Below, in pieces: positions 1 through 12,768 of a stretch of DNA of 64,000 nucleotides. Made by a program: the position numbers and the translations under genes. The DNA comes from Scyliorhinus canicula (Eukaryota): contig NC_052172.1 in the NCBI RefSeq assembly GCF_902713615.1, forward strand, positions 18,137,327 through 18,201,326, read 5' to 3'. Each line of letters starts with the position of its first letter. Positions within the stretch are counted from its first letter, which is position 1. The notes beneath the pieces were generated by a model. That model was given only the letters and a program-made list of their open reading frames with translations. It made no database searches and was not told the origin of the DNA.

Positions 1-412
1 TCCCATCCATCGACTCCATCTACACCTCCCGCTGCCCGGGGAAAGCGGGCATCATAATCAAAGACCCCCTCCCACCCGGCTTACTCACTCTTCCAACTTC
101 TTCCATCGGGCAGGAGGTACAGAAGTCTGAGAACACGCACGAACAGACACAAAACAGCTTCTTCCCCACTGTCACCAGACTCCTAAATGACCCTCTTATG
201 GACTCACCTCATTAACACTACACACTGTATGCTTCATCCGATGCCAGTGCTTATGTAGTTACATTGTATATCTCGTGTTGCCCTATAATGTATTTTCTTT
301 AATTCCCTTTTCTTCCCATGTACTTAATGATCTGTTGAGCTGCTCGCAGAAAAATACTTTTCACTATACCTCGGTACACGTGACAATAAACAAATCCAAT
401 CCAATCCAATCC
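1..412 (+). mobile_element. Rex1/Babar-type LINE, 3' end (degenerate ORF C-terminus, 3'UTR, microsatellite tail)
   Basis: Frameshifted translation PSIDSIYTSRC.GKAG.IIKDP.HP.YSLFQLLPSGRRYRSLRTRTNR..NSFFPTVTRLLN* is typical of Rex1 RT C-termini; ends GTGACAATAAA then (AATCC)n. Confidence 0.8.
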
Positions 413-569
413 ATCATCCTTGTAAGTAGCGAGTGGTCATAATCACTTACTGGATAAACAGGTTCTTCCTCACATACCCCCAGGGTCTGATGCACGAACA
501 TCTTAACCCTCCTCCTTAGTTAACGGGGGGGGGCCCCTCCATCGCAAGCTGGCTACCAGTGAAGGAAAA

Positions 570-1210
570 AAACTGTGTTGACATCACATCTTCCATGGCC
601 TCAGAATGTCGCAGACTGCTTTACGGTCAATTGTTTACATTCAAAGTCTTATATCACTCTTGCCATTTGGAAACACGGCAGCCAATTTGCGCACAGCAAG
701 CTCCCACAAACAGCATTGTGATAATGACAGAAAACTCTAGCACTGTGGCCTCACGGCGCCGAGGTCGCAGGTTCGATCCCGGCTCCGGGTCACTGTCCGT
801 GTGGAGTTTGCACATTCTCCCCGTGTCTGCGTGGGTTTCACCCCCGCAACCCAAAGATGTGCAGGCCACGCTAAATTGCCCCTTGAATGGAAAAAAATGA
901 ATTGGGTATTCTAAATTTTTTTTTAAACTATTTTTTCCGATGTTGATTGAGGAATGGCCAGGACTCGAGGCAGAACCCCCCCCCCCCCGACCCAGGGGAG
1001 AACCCCCCCTGGACTCGGGGCAGAAACTCTCCCCACTTTACTTCTTCAGATAATGCCCTGGGATCTTTCACATCCGGTTCAGAGAGCAGAGGGAATCTTG
1101 TTTTTAATGTTCCACTCTGAATGATGGATCCTCTGACAGTGCAGCACTCCCCCGGTACTGCACGGAGTGTGTTAGCCTGGGATTATGTTGTACGCTCAAC
1201 CTTCTGCATC
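570..1210 (-). mobile_element. SacSINE1/DeuSINE-like SINE, interrupted by a younger SINE (~738-925)
   Basis: Blocks GCAGCCAATTTGCGCACAGCAAG and CTGACAGTGCAGCACTCCC recur in several copies in this window (e.g. 59795-60215). Confidence 0.65.
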
Positions 1211-1347
1211 TAGACAATTTTAAAACCTCATATCATCAGGTGTACAGAGCAATCTCATCAGGAAACAATAACTTATATGTACATGGCGGCATTAACATAA
1301 TTAAACATCTTAAGCTGTGTCACAGGAGCTTTGCAAAACAAAGTATG

Positions 1348-1667
1348 GCGCAGCACGGTGGCACAGTGGTTTGCAACGTTGCCTCACCACGCCAGGGATC
1401 AGGGTTCGATTCCGCCATTGGGTGACTGTCTGTGCGGAGTCTGCACGTTCTCCCCGTGTCTGTGTGGGTTTCCTCCGGGTGCTCCGGTTTCCTCCCACAG
1501 TCCAAAGATGTGCAGGTTAGGTGGATTGGCCGTGATAAATTGCCCCTTAGTGTGAGGTTACGGGGATAGGGCAAGGGAATGGGCCTAAATTGGGTGCTCT
1601 TTCAAGGGGTCGGTGCAGACTCGATGGACCGAATGGCCTCTTCTGCACTGTAGGGATTCTATGATTC
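1348..1667 (+). mobile_element. HE1/V-SINE with CR1-type tail (representative; many more copies, e.g. 3225-3555 -, 9875-10208 -, 31505-31825 -, 37555-37865 +, 44350-44682 +, 45015-45360 +)
   Basis: tRNA-like head with Pol III A box (GGTGGCACAGTGG) and B box (GGTTCGATTCC), core GGGTTTCCTCCGGGTGCTCCGGTTTCCTCCCACAGTCCAAAGATGTGC, tail GATGG.CCGAATGGCCTC...GATTCTATGATTCT. Confidence 0.9.
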
Positions 1668-2291
1668 TCTGAAAGCTCACCTCGAGGTTAAAGTTCAAGT
1701 ATGGATCAAACCAGTGAATAAATAGTAAACCGATCACAGAAATGCAATTGGTTAAAGATTCCCCATGGCAACCATGCCTTATGAAAGTCCACAATTGTTC
1801 AGAACTGGGTGTCTAGAATAACAGTCAAATAACTTCAGCATAAGCATTAATGTCACAACGCTAATCCCAGTTATTAATTCATGGGCGCGTCTCTAAAGAA
1901 CAATCTTCACAACAATACCGCCTCCCCATCCACAAAGGTTTGGCATTTTAAATCAGGGATTTCCCTTCTCAAGTTTCAGAGTAGTGAAGCATATACCTGT
2001 GGAGACTGGCACACCAATACTTTATCAAATAGCACGCTACAAAGATTAAGAACATTAATTAATTTTTTTTAAAATCATCATAATTCATCTTGTGTTTAAA
2101 AGTTTTAATCACTGTTAAACTAGATTTTAATCACATATTTATTTGATCCCAATGTTGCTGCACATGTGTTTTGCTTGCCTGTTGCCATTTTGGTTTTGTT
2201 ACTGGCGACCATATCTGTTTATTTGTCAATGTGTTCACCTTGTCCTCACTGTGACCGAGGAGTCTCACTCCTCAGTACCGACTCTAGCCCT

Positions 2292-2902
2292 CCCTATCTC
2301 TGTAACCTCCTCCATCCCCTACAACCCTCCCTATCTCTGTAACCTCCTCCATCCCCTACAACCTTCCCTATCTCTGTAACCTCCTCCATCCCCTACAACC
2401 TTCCCTATCTCTGTAACCTCCTCCATCCCCTACAACCTTCCCTATCTCTGTAACCTCCTCCATCCCCTACAACCTTCCCTATCTCTGTAACCTCCTCCAA
2501 CCCCTACAACCCCCCTATCTCTGTAACCTCCTCCATCCCCTACAACCCTCCCTATCTCTGTAACCTCCTCCATCCCCTATAACCCCCCTATCTCTGTAAC
2601 CTCCTCCATCCCCTACAACCTTCCCTATCTCTGTAACATCCTCCATCCCCTACAACCTTCCCTATCTCTGTAACCTCCTCCATCCCCTACAACCTTCCCT
2701 ATCTCTGTAACCTCCTCCATCCCCTACAACCTTCCCTATCTCTGTAACCTCCTCCAACCCCTACAACCCCCCTATCTCTGTAACCTCCTCCATCCCCTAC
2801 AACCCTCCCTATCTCTGTAACCTCCTCCAATCCCTACAACCTTCCCTATCTCTGTAACCTCCTCCATCCCCTACAACACTCCCTATCTCTGTAACCTCCT
2901 CC
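2292..2902. repeat. 37-bp minisatellite (~16.5 copies) derived from an L2 LINE segment
   Basis: Unit CCCTATCTCTGTAACCTCCTCCATCCCCTACAACC(C/T)T with 36-bp variants; the right flank continues as degenerate L2 sequence, and a single copy of the unit core occurs in the L2 fragment at ~22465. Confidence 0.95.
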
Positions 2903-4439
2903 TTCTAATGCGTTTACCTAATTTTTTCCACTATTGATGGCCATACTATCGGCTGCCCAGCCGTAAACTCTGGACTTATATCCCTAAAACTCTCCATCTT
3001 TCCCCTTTTTCAAGGTTGAAATAGCTTTGATCTTCTCTTCCCTGGGGGTTTCAGAGGTAAATTTTGTCCGAACACACTGCTGTTAAACCCTTTCAGAGAA
3101 ACACTTGCATTTACATCGCACCTTCCACAACCCTAAGCAACTTTAACCACTGGAGTCTTTTTTTCTGAAGGATTACTGCGGTGATGTAGGAATGGCAGCA
3201 ACCAATTTGTCATCCAGATTCATAGATTAAATAGAATCTACATTGCAGGAGGAGGCCATTTGGCCCATCGAGCCTGCACTGGCCCTTGGAAAGAGCACCG
3301 TACTTAAGCCCACACCTCCACCCTATCCCCGTAAACCCACCTAACGTTTTTGGACACTAAGGGGCAATTTAGCACGGCCAGTCCACCTAACCTGCACATC
3401 TTTGGACTGTGGGAGGAAACCGGAGCACCCGGAGGGAACCCACGCAGACACGGGGGGAACGTGCAGACTCCGCACAGATGGTGACCCAAGCCAGGAGTCG
3501 AACCCAGGTCCCTGGCGCTGTGAAGCAACGGTGCTAACCACTGTGTTACCATGCCGTCCTTTGAACCTCGAAACATTAGTTCCCGGGCAGCATGGTGTCA
3601 CAGTGGTTAGCACTGCTGCCTCACGGTGCCGAGGACCCGGGTTCGAACCCGGTGGGGTTACGGGGTTAGGGCGGGGGAGTGGGCCTAGGCGGGGAGCTCT
3701 TTCAGAGGATCGGTGCAGACTCCATGGGCCGAATGGCCTCCTTCTGCACTGCAGGAAGTCTATGGCTCCGCGCTAGACACCCTCGTCAATACAAAATCGA
3801 TCTAACTCAGCCCTGAATGTATTCATGGACCCACAGCCATCTCTGGGGTAGAGAGTTCCACAGGCCTTCTGAGGGAAAATAAATTCTCCACAGCCCACAA
3901 AACTGTTATGGTGTAGAAGGAGGCCATTCAGCCCATCTAATCTGCACCGGCCCTCCAAACAAGCACTATTACAAGGTCCCAGTCCCCTGTCTTTTCCCCG
4001 GATCCTTGCCCTGGTTCTATTCGAGTTATTGTGTCGCAATAAGATCAACCTCTCCCTCTTCTAAACTCCGGTGAGCACAGGCCCCATCCCGGTCACTCCC
4101 AGGCTATATATATATATACATATATAGTCTCCCTCTGGGGACAGTGCCCTATTTAAGGGGAGTGGCTGCAACTTTCCAAATCTTGGAAACTTTTACTCGC
4201 TGACAAAACTAAAAATGATGATTTTGGCAACATGGTCATTTGAGATAGGAACTCATCTGCAATAATCTGGCTGACAGGGGTTGTGGGGGGGAGGGTTGGA
4301 ATCTTGTCTTGGTACCTGATTGACTGAGAATTAAACCACTTCTGGGTGGCTCAACAGAAATAACAAATTCCTAAATCTTCAGGGGAAGATTTTTTGCAAA
4401 TCTCAATGACCAGGAAGGAAAAATGGCTAAACGAAAGCA

Positions 4440-4550
4440 AGTGTCAATCAACGGAGGTTCCCGCCCCTTATTTGCACTGATTGGGCGGTGGGGTGTGATT
4501 GACAGGCTGGTCTGTGCTGCCATTGGGCAGGCCGGCTGTCAATCACAGAA
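4440..4550. promoter_or_regulatory. Promoter/enhancer-like motif cluster in PSMA6 intron 1
   Basis: TGATTGACA(G) at 4442-4450(-), 4496-4505(+) and 4536-4545(-); GC box at 4461-4467; CCAAT (as ATTGG) at ~4480 and ~4522. Confidence 0.55.
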
Positions 4551-4654
4551 ATTGTTACAATGAGGGGGCGGCGGGCAGCAGCCAAGAAGTTTGCAAACTT
4601 TGGCCCGAAGTTGGGTGCAGGAAAGGGAGGGGTACAGAAGAGGCAAAGTTACTA

Positions 4655-4777
<123 letters not shown>

Positions 4778-5472
4778 TTACTTTCAATTTCAGAAACAAA
4801 GCACACACACACACACACACATCACAAAACCAGGAAATAATCTGCTTGGTAGCTCTTCAATTCTGCCAACAATAAAGTCAGACTAACCTCTGGGTCGAAA
4901 GGTGAAAAAGCCCTCTAAGCCTGGGTTGGTCTCACTTTGCAGAGGTTGGATACATAAATAGCCACTAACTAGGCCATTTCAGGGGGCAATTTCATTTATA
5001 TAGCTCATTGCACGCCCACCGGACATCCCGCTTTACATCCGAATGACTATACTTCTTTAGGTATTGTCAATTAGACAGGAAACGCAACAACCAATTTGCG
5101 CACAGCAAGCTCCCGCAGGCAGCAATGTGATCGTTTGCAGATAATGGGTGGGATTTTTCTGCAGTAGGTGAAAGTTGGGCCAACTCAAGGGTCGGGCGGG
5201 CGCAGAGAGGGGGGGATGGGGTGTTTATTGATGTGGGAAAGAGCCCTGGGGGCTAATCAACACTGAGAAATTCATTCAACAGCAGAACACAAATCAAAAC
5301 CTCCCTTCCTGGGGGAGCCTTGGAACCCATGGCCTCTGGACCAATCGTCCGACACTGGCGCCAACAGATTCCTGGTCCCCAAGCTCTGAAAGTCCCTTCC
5401 TTTCCTTTAAGACGCTGCTTACAGTTCTGTAGAAGGGTCATTTAGATCCAAGACCTTAACTCTGTTTCTCTA

Positions 5473-5699
5473 GGGGGCAGCACGGTGGCACAGTGGTTAG
5501 CATTGCTGCCTACGGCACTGAGGACCCGGGTTCGAATCCCGGCCCTGGGTCACTGTCCGTGTGGAGTTTGCACATTCTCCCTGTGTCTGCATTGGTTTCG
5601 CCCCCACAACCCAAAGATGTGCAGGATAGGTAGATTGGCCACTTTAAATTGCCCCTTAATTGGAAAAAATAATTGGGTACTCTAAATAAATTTTAAAAA
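5473..5699 (+). mobile_element. Short poly(A)-tailed HE1-derived SINE with long TSD
   Basis: Head GGGGCAGCACGGTGG, tail TGCCCCTTAATTGGAAAAAATAATTGGGTACTCTAAA; flanked by AAC(T/C)CTGTTTCTCT on both sides; inserted in a Penelope-like remnant. Confidence 0.9.
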
Positions 5700-5903
5700 C
5701 CCTGTTTCTCTCTCCCCAGATGCTGAGTTTATCTTGTGGTGTCTGTCTGTGTGGAGTCTGCACGTTCTCTGTCTGGGTGGGTTTCCTCCAGGTGCTCCAT
5801 TTTCCTCCCAGAGTCCAAAGATGTGCAGTTAGGCAAATTGGCCATGATAGTGTCCAAAAGTTAGGTTGGGTTACAGGGATAGGGCATGAGAGTGGACCTG
5901 GTA

Positions 5904-6086
5904 GGGGCTGGTTTAGTACACTGGGCTAAATCGCTGGCTTTTAAAGCATACCAAGACAGGCCAGCAGCACGGTTCAATTCCCATACCAGCCTCCCCGAAC
6001 AGGTGCCAGAATGTGGCGACTAGGGGCTTTTCACAGTAACTTCATTGAAGCCTACTTGTGACAATAAGCGATTTTCATTTTTTTTT
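5904..6086 (+). mobile_element. Short tRNA-derived SINE with distinct head and GTGACAATAA tail (also 54984-55155 +, 61570-61745 -)
   Basis: GGGGCTGGTTTAG...GGTTCAATTCCC head; tail TGGCGACTAGGGGCTTTTCACAGTAACTTCATTGAAGCCTACTTGTGACAATAA; inserted in another SINE. Confidence 0.8.
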
Positions 6087-6236
6087 CACCTAGATATGGT
6101 GCTCTTTCAGAGGGTCGGTACAGACTCGATGGGCCAAATGGCCTCCTTCTGCACTGCAGGGAGTGTATGATTCTACGATCTGCAGGATTTTGCTTTAATC
6201 TCCTTAAACCCTACCACCCTTGGTCACCCATCCCTT

Positions 6237-6578
6237 AGCATGGTAGCATGGTGGTTAGCATAAATGCTTCACAGCTCCAGTGTCCCAGGTTCGATTCCCG
6301 GCTTGGGTCACTGTCTGTGCGGAGTCTGCACGTCCTCCCCGTGTGTGCGTGGGTTTCCTCCGGGTGCTCCGGTTTCCTCCCACAGTCCAAAGATGTGTGG
6401 GTTAGGTGGATTGGCCATGCTAAATTGCCCGTAGTGTCCTAAAAAAGTAAGGTTAAGGGGGGGGGGTTGTTGGGTTACGGGTATAGGGTGGATACGTGGG
6501 TTTGAGTAGGGTGATCATGGCTCGGCACAACATCGAGGGCCGAAGGGCCTGTTCTGTGCTGTACTGTTCTATGTTCTA
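6237..6578 (+). mobile_element. HE1/V-SINE with second CR1-type tail (also 45465-45797 -, partial 10980-11187 +)
   Basis: Tail CGGCACAACATCGAGGGCCGAAGGGCC...TGTTCTATGTTCT matches the 3' end of the CR1 at 8095-8806. Confidence 0.9.
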
Positions 6579-6789
6579 TATCTCGTCTCGGGTGTGTCAA
6601 TTATTTCCTATTTTACAGAGAATGGAAACAGAAAGCTTTACTGACAATGCAGAGCTTGCTCACGGGACTAAAGAATTGAAGGCGTAACAACCCACTTGTT
6701 AGTTGCAGAAACAGAATCAGGGAGTGGGGAGTTGCCCGTGCCGGCTGAGAGTCTGTGGCTGCACCTCAGCTGGTGTAGCGGAGACTCCA

Positions 6790-7915
6790 GAATTTCAACA
6801 TTCCATTCCCGATAGCAGGCGTAATGGTAAACAGCTGGTGGTCCACACATAACGTCCTTGAGGCCCTGTGGGAAAAGGAGATGGTGCAGCACACCGCTGG
6901 GGTACAGAGTTTAACCTCCCCTCTCCAGTGCCCCACCCTACCCCAAACACACACACATTCACTCTTGTAAGCCAAGTATTTTATTCCACCCCACAAACAG
7001 TTCTGAAATCGGTAGGATTTAAGTTTCATTCGTGGTGCAGGGTCTGTGACACCCGGAGACTCGGTGTGTAAAATATTTCAAGCCGCAACGCAGAGTAACA
7101 CCTCACGGCCAGAACGTTCAAACTCGCGCCAAGACGTAGGCATGGCTGGTGGCGAGAGACTCGCTCACCCCGTCAGATCCTTCTGGGAGTTTCACCGCCT
7201 CCGCACATTGCCCTTGAGGCAGCTACGGTAGGCTGTTAACCGCCTCCTCCTGGAGTGCGTCTATGCGAAGCAGGTCTGGGAAGATGTTGGAACCAACAAT
7301 TCTATGGACACGTGCTTGTAGGATTAGAATAGCGGTTTTAATATACTTACAACAGAGCCAGCCTGTTAGCCGTTGAACTTTCGGTGAACTGGCCGGCTGA
7401 CCCTGTGGCACTGATCTATATACAGCAGCTCCCGGGGGAGGAGTCCTGGGCGGAGCCAAGGGAGGAGCCCAGTACAACTCTCGAGCATTCCCAGAGCTAC
7501 TCCCCCTGGAGGTCAGGTAGTGCAACTGCACTTACAATATAGACACATGTATATACAGATTATAGTCCGGTGTGAATCACATTCACCACAGAAGAGATGC
7601 AATGTCTTTGTCGAGGCTCATCCACGACGCAGGCCTCTTGTGCTTCACGGACAATGAGTTAAACCTCATCATCTGCTGGAGGACCATCGAATGGGTGAAA
7701 GATGCTCTTCAGTCTGCCCAGAATGTGTTGATCTTCCAGTGCCAAGAGCTATCAACAAATGAGAGTTGCAGACTGGCACATACCAAGGTACAGGGCTATG
7801 TGCTGAGGGACCTGATGAAGGTTCAGACATCCACTGCAAAGGCTCAATGGGGAAAGACCACCGTCCAAGGGTCTCCCCACCATAGTGCATCCAGGACCTG
7901 GAAACTGTAAAACCA
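6790..7915 (+). mobile_element. Degenerate Tx1/L1-clade LINE, ORF2 C-terminus (zinc-knuckle region), interrupted by a solo LTR; related fragments at ~9400-9740 and ~10400-10590
   Basis: Translations ..RLLLECVYAKQVWEEMQ.. and ICWRTIEWVKDALQSAQNVLIFQCQELSTNESCRLAHTKVQGYVLRD..AKAQWGKTTV resemble Tx1-like ORF2 ends. Confidence 0.7.
7285..7590 (-). mobile_element. Solo LTR (306 bp, Gypsy-like)
   Basis: Begins TGTTGG, ends CACCACA; exact 5-bp TSD GAAGA (7280-7284 / 7591-7595); removing it restores the host frame QVWEEMQ. Confidence 0.85.
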
Positions 7916-8094
7916 CTCAAGTCTTATGTTTGACGGAATATTAAAATAGTAAATATTAACTGTAATTGTAAATGTGGGGACTATCGTACAACATAAAAAG
8001 AAACTGACTTGTTTTGCATGTTATGAAATGTATAAAGTGGGGAGGAATTAGGAATGAGATAATAGGTAACCTGTTGTATTTGCTGCATATTTAA

Positions 8095-8806
8095 TCATAG
8101 GTAGTGTAGATGAACAGAGAGATCTCGGCATCCAGGTACATAAATCCCTGAAAGTTGCCACCCAGGTTAATAGGGTTGTTAAGAAGGCATATGGTGTGCT
8201 AGCCTTTATCAGTAGGGGGATTGAGTTTCGGAGCCACAAGGTCATGCTGCAGCTGTACATAACTCTGGTGCGGCCGCTCCTGGAGTACTGCGTGCAGTTC
8301 TGGTCACCACATTATAGGAAGGATGTGGAAGCTTTGGAAAGGGTTCAAAGGAGATTTACTAGGATGTTGCCTGGTATGGAGGGAAGGTCTTACGAGGAAA
8401 GGCTCAGGGACTTGAGGTTGTTTTCGTTAGAGAGGAGAAGGCTGAGAGGTGACTTAATAGAGACATATAAGATAGTCAGAGGGTTAGATAGGGTGGACAG
8501 TGAGAGTCTCTTTCCTCGGATGGTGATGACCAACACGAGGGGACATAGCTTTAAATTGAGGGGTAGTAGATATAGGACAGATGTCAGAGGCAGTTTCTTT
8601 ACTCAGAGAGTAATAGGGGTGTGGAACGCCCTGCCTGCAACAGTAGTAGACTCGCCAAATTTAAGGGCATTTAAGTGGTCACTGGATAGACATATGGATG
8701 AAAATGGAATAGTATAGGTCAGATAGGCTTCAGATGGTTTCACAGGTCGGCGCAACATCGAGGGCCGAAGGGCCCATACTGCGCTGTAATGTTCTATGTT
8801 CTATGT
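8095..8806 (+). mobile_element. CR1 LINE, 5'-truncated 3' end with open ORF2 C-terminus (ORF 8196-8717)
   Basis: LYITLVRPLLEYCVQFWSPHYRKDVEALERVQRRFTRM...RRLRGDLIETYKI...FFTQRVIGVWNALP is canonical CR1; (ATGTTCT)n tail. Confidence 0.95.
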
Positions 8807-11328
8807 TAATCGTGTTTAAATTTGCAAACCTGGTGACTATAGTTATTAGGCAGCTAAGGACCAGGGATGTTGGGTGTTTTTCTGAGAATTATTTATTAAT
8901 TTCAATTGTGTTGCGACTTCGGGTCAAGCGGGGCTGGAATTGACCGCGCACTACAGCCCAATATTTTTAGGGGAAAATATATTTGTGTTAAGTTGTTGAG
9001 AGCCTTACAGCTGATGTGCCTCCCACAATAAATAAAACACACATTGCAATTCTGGGCACCATGCCTAAAAAAGGATATTTTGGCTTTGGAGGGAGCAGAC
9101 AGTTCAATTTGACAGAATTATACTCGGGCAACTGTTAGGGTAGACAGAGAAATTATTTCAACTGGTTACGGGGTGGTCAAGGACTGGGGATCATACAATC
9201 AGCTTGTGCCCTCGAGGAGCTATGGTGGGGAAAACCATTGTCCAACTCCTTATGGAGTGTTCCTTTGCGAAGCCCCTGCTATGTTAATTCAGACTTGAAA
9301 CGTTGACTCTGTTTCTCTCTGCACACATGTTGTCCAGGGTTCCAGGGTTTTTTCTTTTTATTTCGGATTTCCAGTATCCGCAGTATTTTGCTTTTACTGG
9401 AGAGAGATGAGGTGGCGTTTGTCGAGGTTCATCCCGAGCAGCTCCGTGAGGCAGGACTCTGTGCTCTAGGGGCTGTTCCCAGGGACGCACTCCGAGACAA
9501 ACATCAACTGTTGCTGGAGGGTCATCAACTCTGGTTAAAGATGCTCTTTAGTCTGTCTGAAACTTGGTGATCCTCCAGTGCAAAGAGTTCTCCCTGACCG
9601 AGTGTTACAGGCGGGCACATTCCAAGGGCCAGTACCACACACTGAGGGAGGCATTGAGGCTTGGAATGGGGGGGGGGGGGGGGGTCACTGACTAAGACCT
9701 TTCAGCCATAGCAAACCGAGGGGAGGGGAATTGTACAGGGGCTGTATGACTCATATTAAATGTATTGCGGAGAATATTACATGTATTACAATTGTATTGA
9801 AGCTCATCAGAGTGTAACTTGATCTGTGTAGACAACCTGAATATCATTGTACTTTCTATTTTAATCATTTTGAAATCATAAAATTTACAGTGCAGAAGGA
9901 GACCCATCGAGTCGGCACCAGCCCTTGGAAAGACCACCCCACTTAAGCCCACACCTCCAACCTGTCCCCATAACACAGTACCCCCACCTAACCTTTTTTT
10001 ATTGGACACTAAGGGCAATTTAGCATGGCCAATCCACCCAGTCTGCACATCTTTGGACTGTGGGAGGAAACCGGAGCACCTGGAGGAAACCCACGTAGAC
10101 ATGGGGAGAACTCGCAGAGTCCGCACAGACAATGACCCAGGTGGGAATCGAACCTGGGACCCTGGAGCTGTGAAGCAACAGTGCTAACCACTGTGTTACC
10201 GTGCTGCCCTCTTTGTAATGTTCTTTCAGATAGTTTGCTATTAAAGTATATTGTTGCAAAAACATTTCTGCGTGGGTCTCACGCCCACAACCCAAAAAGA
10301 TGTGCAGGCTCGGTGGTTTGGCCACGCTAAATTGCCCCTTAATTGGAAAAAAAAGAATTGGGTACTCTAAATTTATTTTTAATTTTTTTTGCAAAAACAT
10401 CAGCTGCTGTTCGTGGGGGGTTCCGTTCCTGCGAAGTCTCGCAAAGTGTGAGATTGCGAACTTGCACACACGCCGCTTGCTACGTGGGAAGGACATGGGA
10501 AATATGGGACTTCAAACATTCTAAATCATGGATGATTGAAGCTTTGGGGCCACGAGCTGCGATTACGGGACAGCTGCTTTCACATGGGTAAACTAAGTCG
10601 CGATAGAGGGGGTCTCAAACAACAGGAGTTGACTAGAACATTAGGAAACAAATCCATACACAAAGGAAGATGGAAGTTAACATTAAAGAGAAGTTAACTT
10701 TAAAATTGAGAATGATAGGTTTTTGTTAATCAAAGGTAATAAGGGATACGGGGCAAAGGTGCGCATTTGGAGTCACAGATCAGACATGATCTCATTCAAT
10801 GGCAGATCAGGCTCGAGGGGCTGAATGGCCTCCTCCTGTTCCTTTATGTTGTCTCCAAGTCAAATAAAGAAAACACTCGAGTGTCACTAACCGAACGTTC
10901 TCCTGGCCGATTTCTCTCTCTCCAGACTTGATCTTATGCAGAACTCTACTGTCCGTGTCCTAATTCACACTGATTCTGAGTCCAAAGATGTGCGGGTTAG
11001 GTGGATTGGCCATGCTAAATTGCCCGTAGTGTCCTAATAAAAGTAAGGTTAAGGGGGGGGTTGTTGGGTTATGGGTATAGGGTGGATACGTGGGTTTGAG
11101 TAGGGTGATCATGGCTCGGCACAACATTGAGGGCCGAAGGGCCTGTTCTGTGCTGTACTGTTCTATGTTCTACTGTTCTATGTTCTATGATTCCTGTTCG
11201 CCCCTGTCCTTGGGCGACTGTGCAGATATTGCATTGTTCAGAACACTTTGAACATGTGCACACTCTTGCATTTGATTGAAACATCCAGTATTTTTCCACT
11301 GTCTCTTGCAGGTATGCTAGCACAGTGG

Positions 11329-11568
11329 GTTTTTTCTTTTCTTTTTTTTTATAAATTTAGAGTACCCAGTAATTTTTTCCAATAAAGGGGCAATTTAGCG
11401 TGGCCAATCTACCTACCCTGCACATCTTTGGGTTGTGGGGGTGAAACCCACGCAGACACGGGGAGAATGTGCAAACTCCACACGGACAGTGACCCAGGGC
11501 CGGGATTCGAACCCGGGTCCTCAGCGCCGTAGGCAGCAATGCTAACCACTGCGCCACCGTGCTGCCCA
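11329..11568 (-). mobile_element. Poly(A) SINE inserted in the head of another SINE
   Basis: TSD GCTAGCACAGTGG at 11316-11328 and 11569-11581. Confidence 0.9.
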
Positions 11569-11765
11569 GCTAGCACAGTGGTTTGCACTGCTACCTCACA
11601 GCGCCAGGGACCCGGGTTCAATTCCGGCTTCAGGCGACTGTCTGTGTGGAGTTTGCAAGTCCTCCTGTGTCTGCGTGGATTTCCTCCGGGTGCTCCGGTT
11701 TCCTCCCACAGTCCAAAGGTGTGCAGGTTAGGTGGACTGTCGTGCTGATCAAAGATGTGCAGCTT

Positions 11766-11990
11766 GGGGCAGCATGGTGGCCTAGTGGTTAGCACAACCG
11801 CCTCACGGCACTGAGGTCCCAGGTTCGATCCCGGCTCTGGGTCACTGTCCGTGTGGAGTTTGCACATTCTCCCCGTGTCTGCGTGGGTTTCGCCCCACAA
11901 CCCAAAAATGTGCAGAGTAGGTGGATTGGCCACGCTAAATTGCCCCTTAATTGGAAAAAATAATTGGGTAATCTAAATTTATTTAAAAAA
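11766..11990 (+). mobile_element. Poly(A) SINE inserted in an HE1 SINE
   Basis: 15-bp TSD AAAGATGTGCAGCTT on both sides. Confidence 0.9.
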
Positions 11991-12768
11991 AAGATGTGCA
12001 GCTTAGATGGGGTTGCGGGGATAGGGTGGGGGAAGGGGCCGGTGCAGACTCGATGGGCCGATTGGCCTCCTCCGTTGTAGGGATGCTATAGTTGTTTCAA
12101 ATGGTAAAAATAAGCCCTGTCGGGGGAGCTCGGTGACGCATTGGTTGGCACTGCTACTTCACGATGTCAAGGACCCAGGGTCACTGCCCGTGTGAAGTTT
12201 GCACAATCTCCCCGTGTCTGCATGCATCTCACCCCCTCAATCCAAAGATGTGCAGGGTAGGTGGATTGGCCACATTCAAATGCCCCTTAATTGGGAAAAA
12301 AAGTAATTGTGTACTTTAAATTTGAGCAAGTTTGTCCCTACTGTACATTCCTCCCTGCTGATTTTGACTGGAAGCCCTGTCAACGAGTTTACATGTTTAT
12401 TGTGTGACTTCTTCCCCACGGCTCCGCCGACTCAAATCTCCCACACCACATCTTGTGTCTCCTCCACCCCCCTGCCATTTCTGTCCCAAAAAGGCTGCCT
12501 GGGATACAGATTTAAACCTCCCCTCACCCTCCCAGCTCCACCAGCACACACAAGCGCACCCTTACTCCTGCATGCCGAGTATTTTTTTCTGCATCATGCA
12601 CAGTTCTGAAATCGGTGATTTAAGCCCCCATCAGGGCCTCCCCTGGGTCTGTGAAACCGAGAGAATTTGGTGCTGTAAAGCATTTCAAACTGCAAAGTGC
12701 AAACTGATCTTTTCAACGGGCTCCACCCCCACGTCCTGTGGAGTGACACGCAGGGGCTGACCACATAC

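Noticed and set aside
2292-2902. CRISPR-like array
   Set aside because: Head-to-tail tandem units with no unique spacers; vertebrate DNA; no cas genes.
5473-5550. tRNA genes (A/B boxes)
   Set aside because: All such motifs are SINE heads that continue into the SINE core; no acceptor stem or terminator.
8196-8717. 173-aa ORF as a host gene
   Set aside because: It is the C-terminus of CR1 ORF2 in a 5'-truncated copy.
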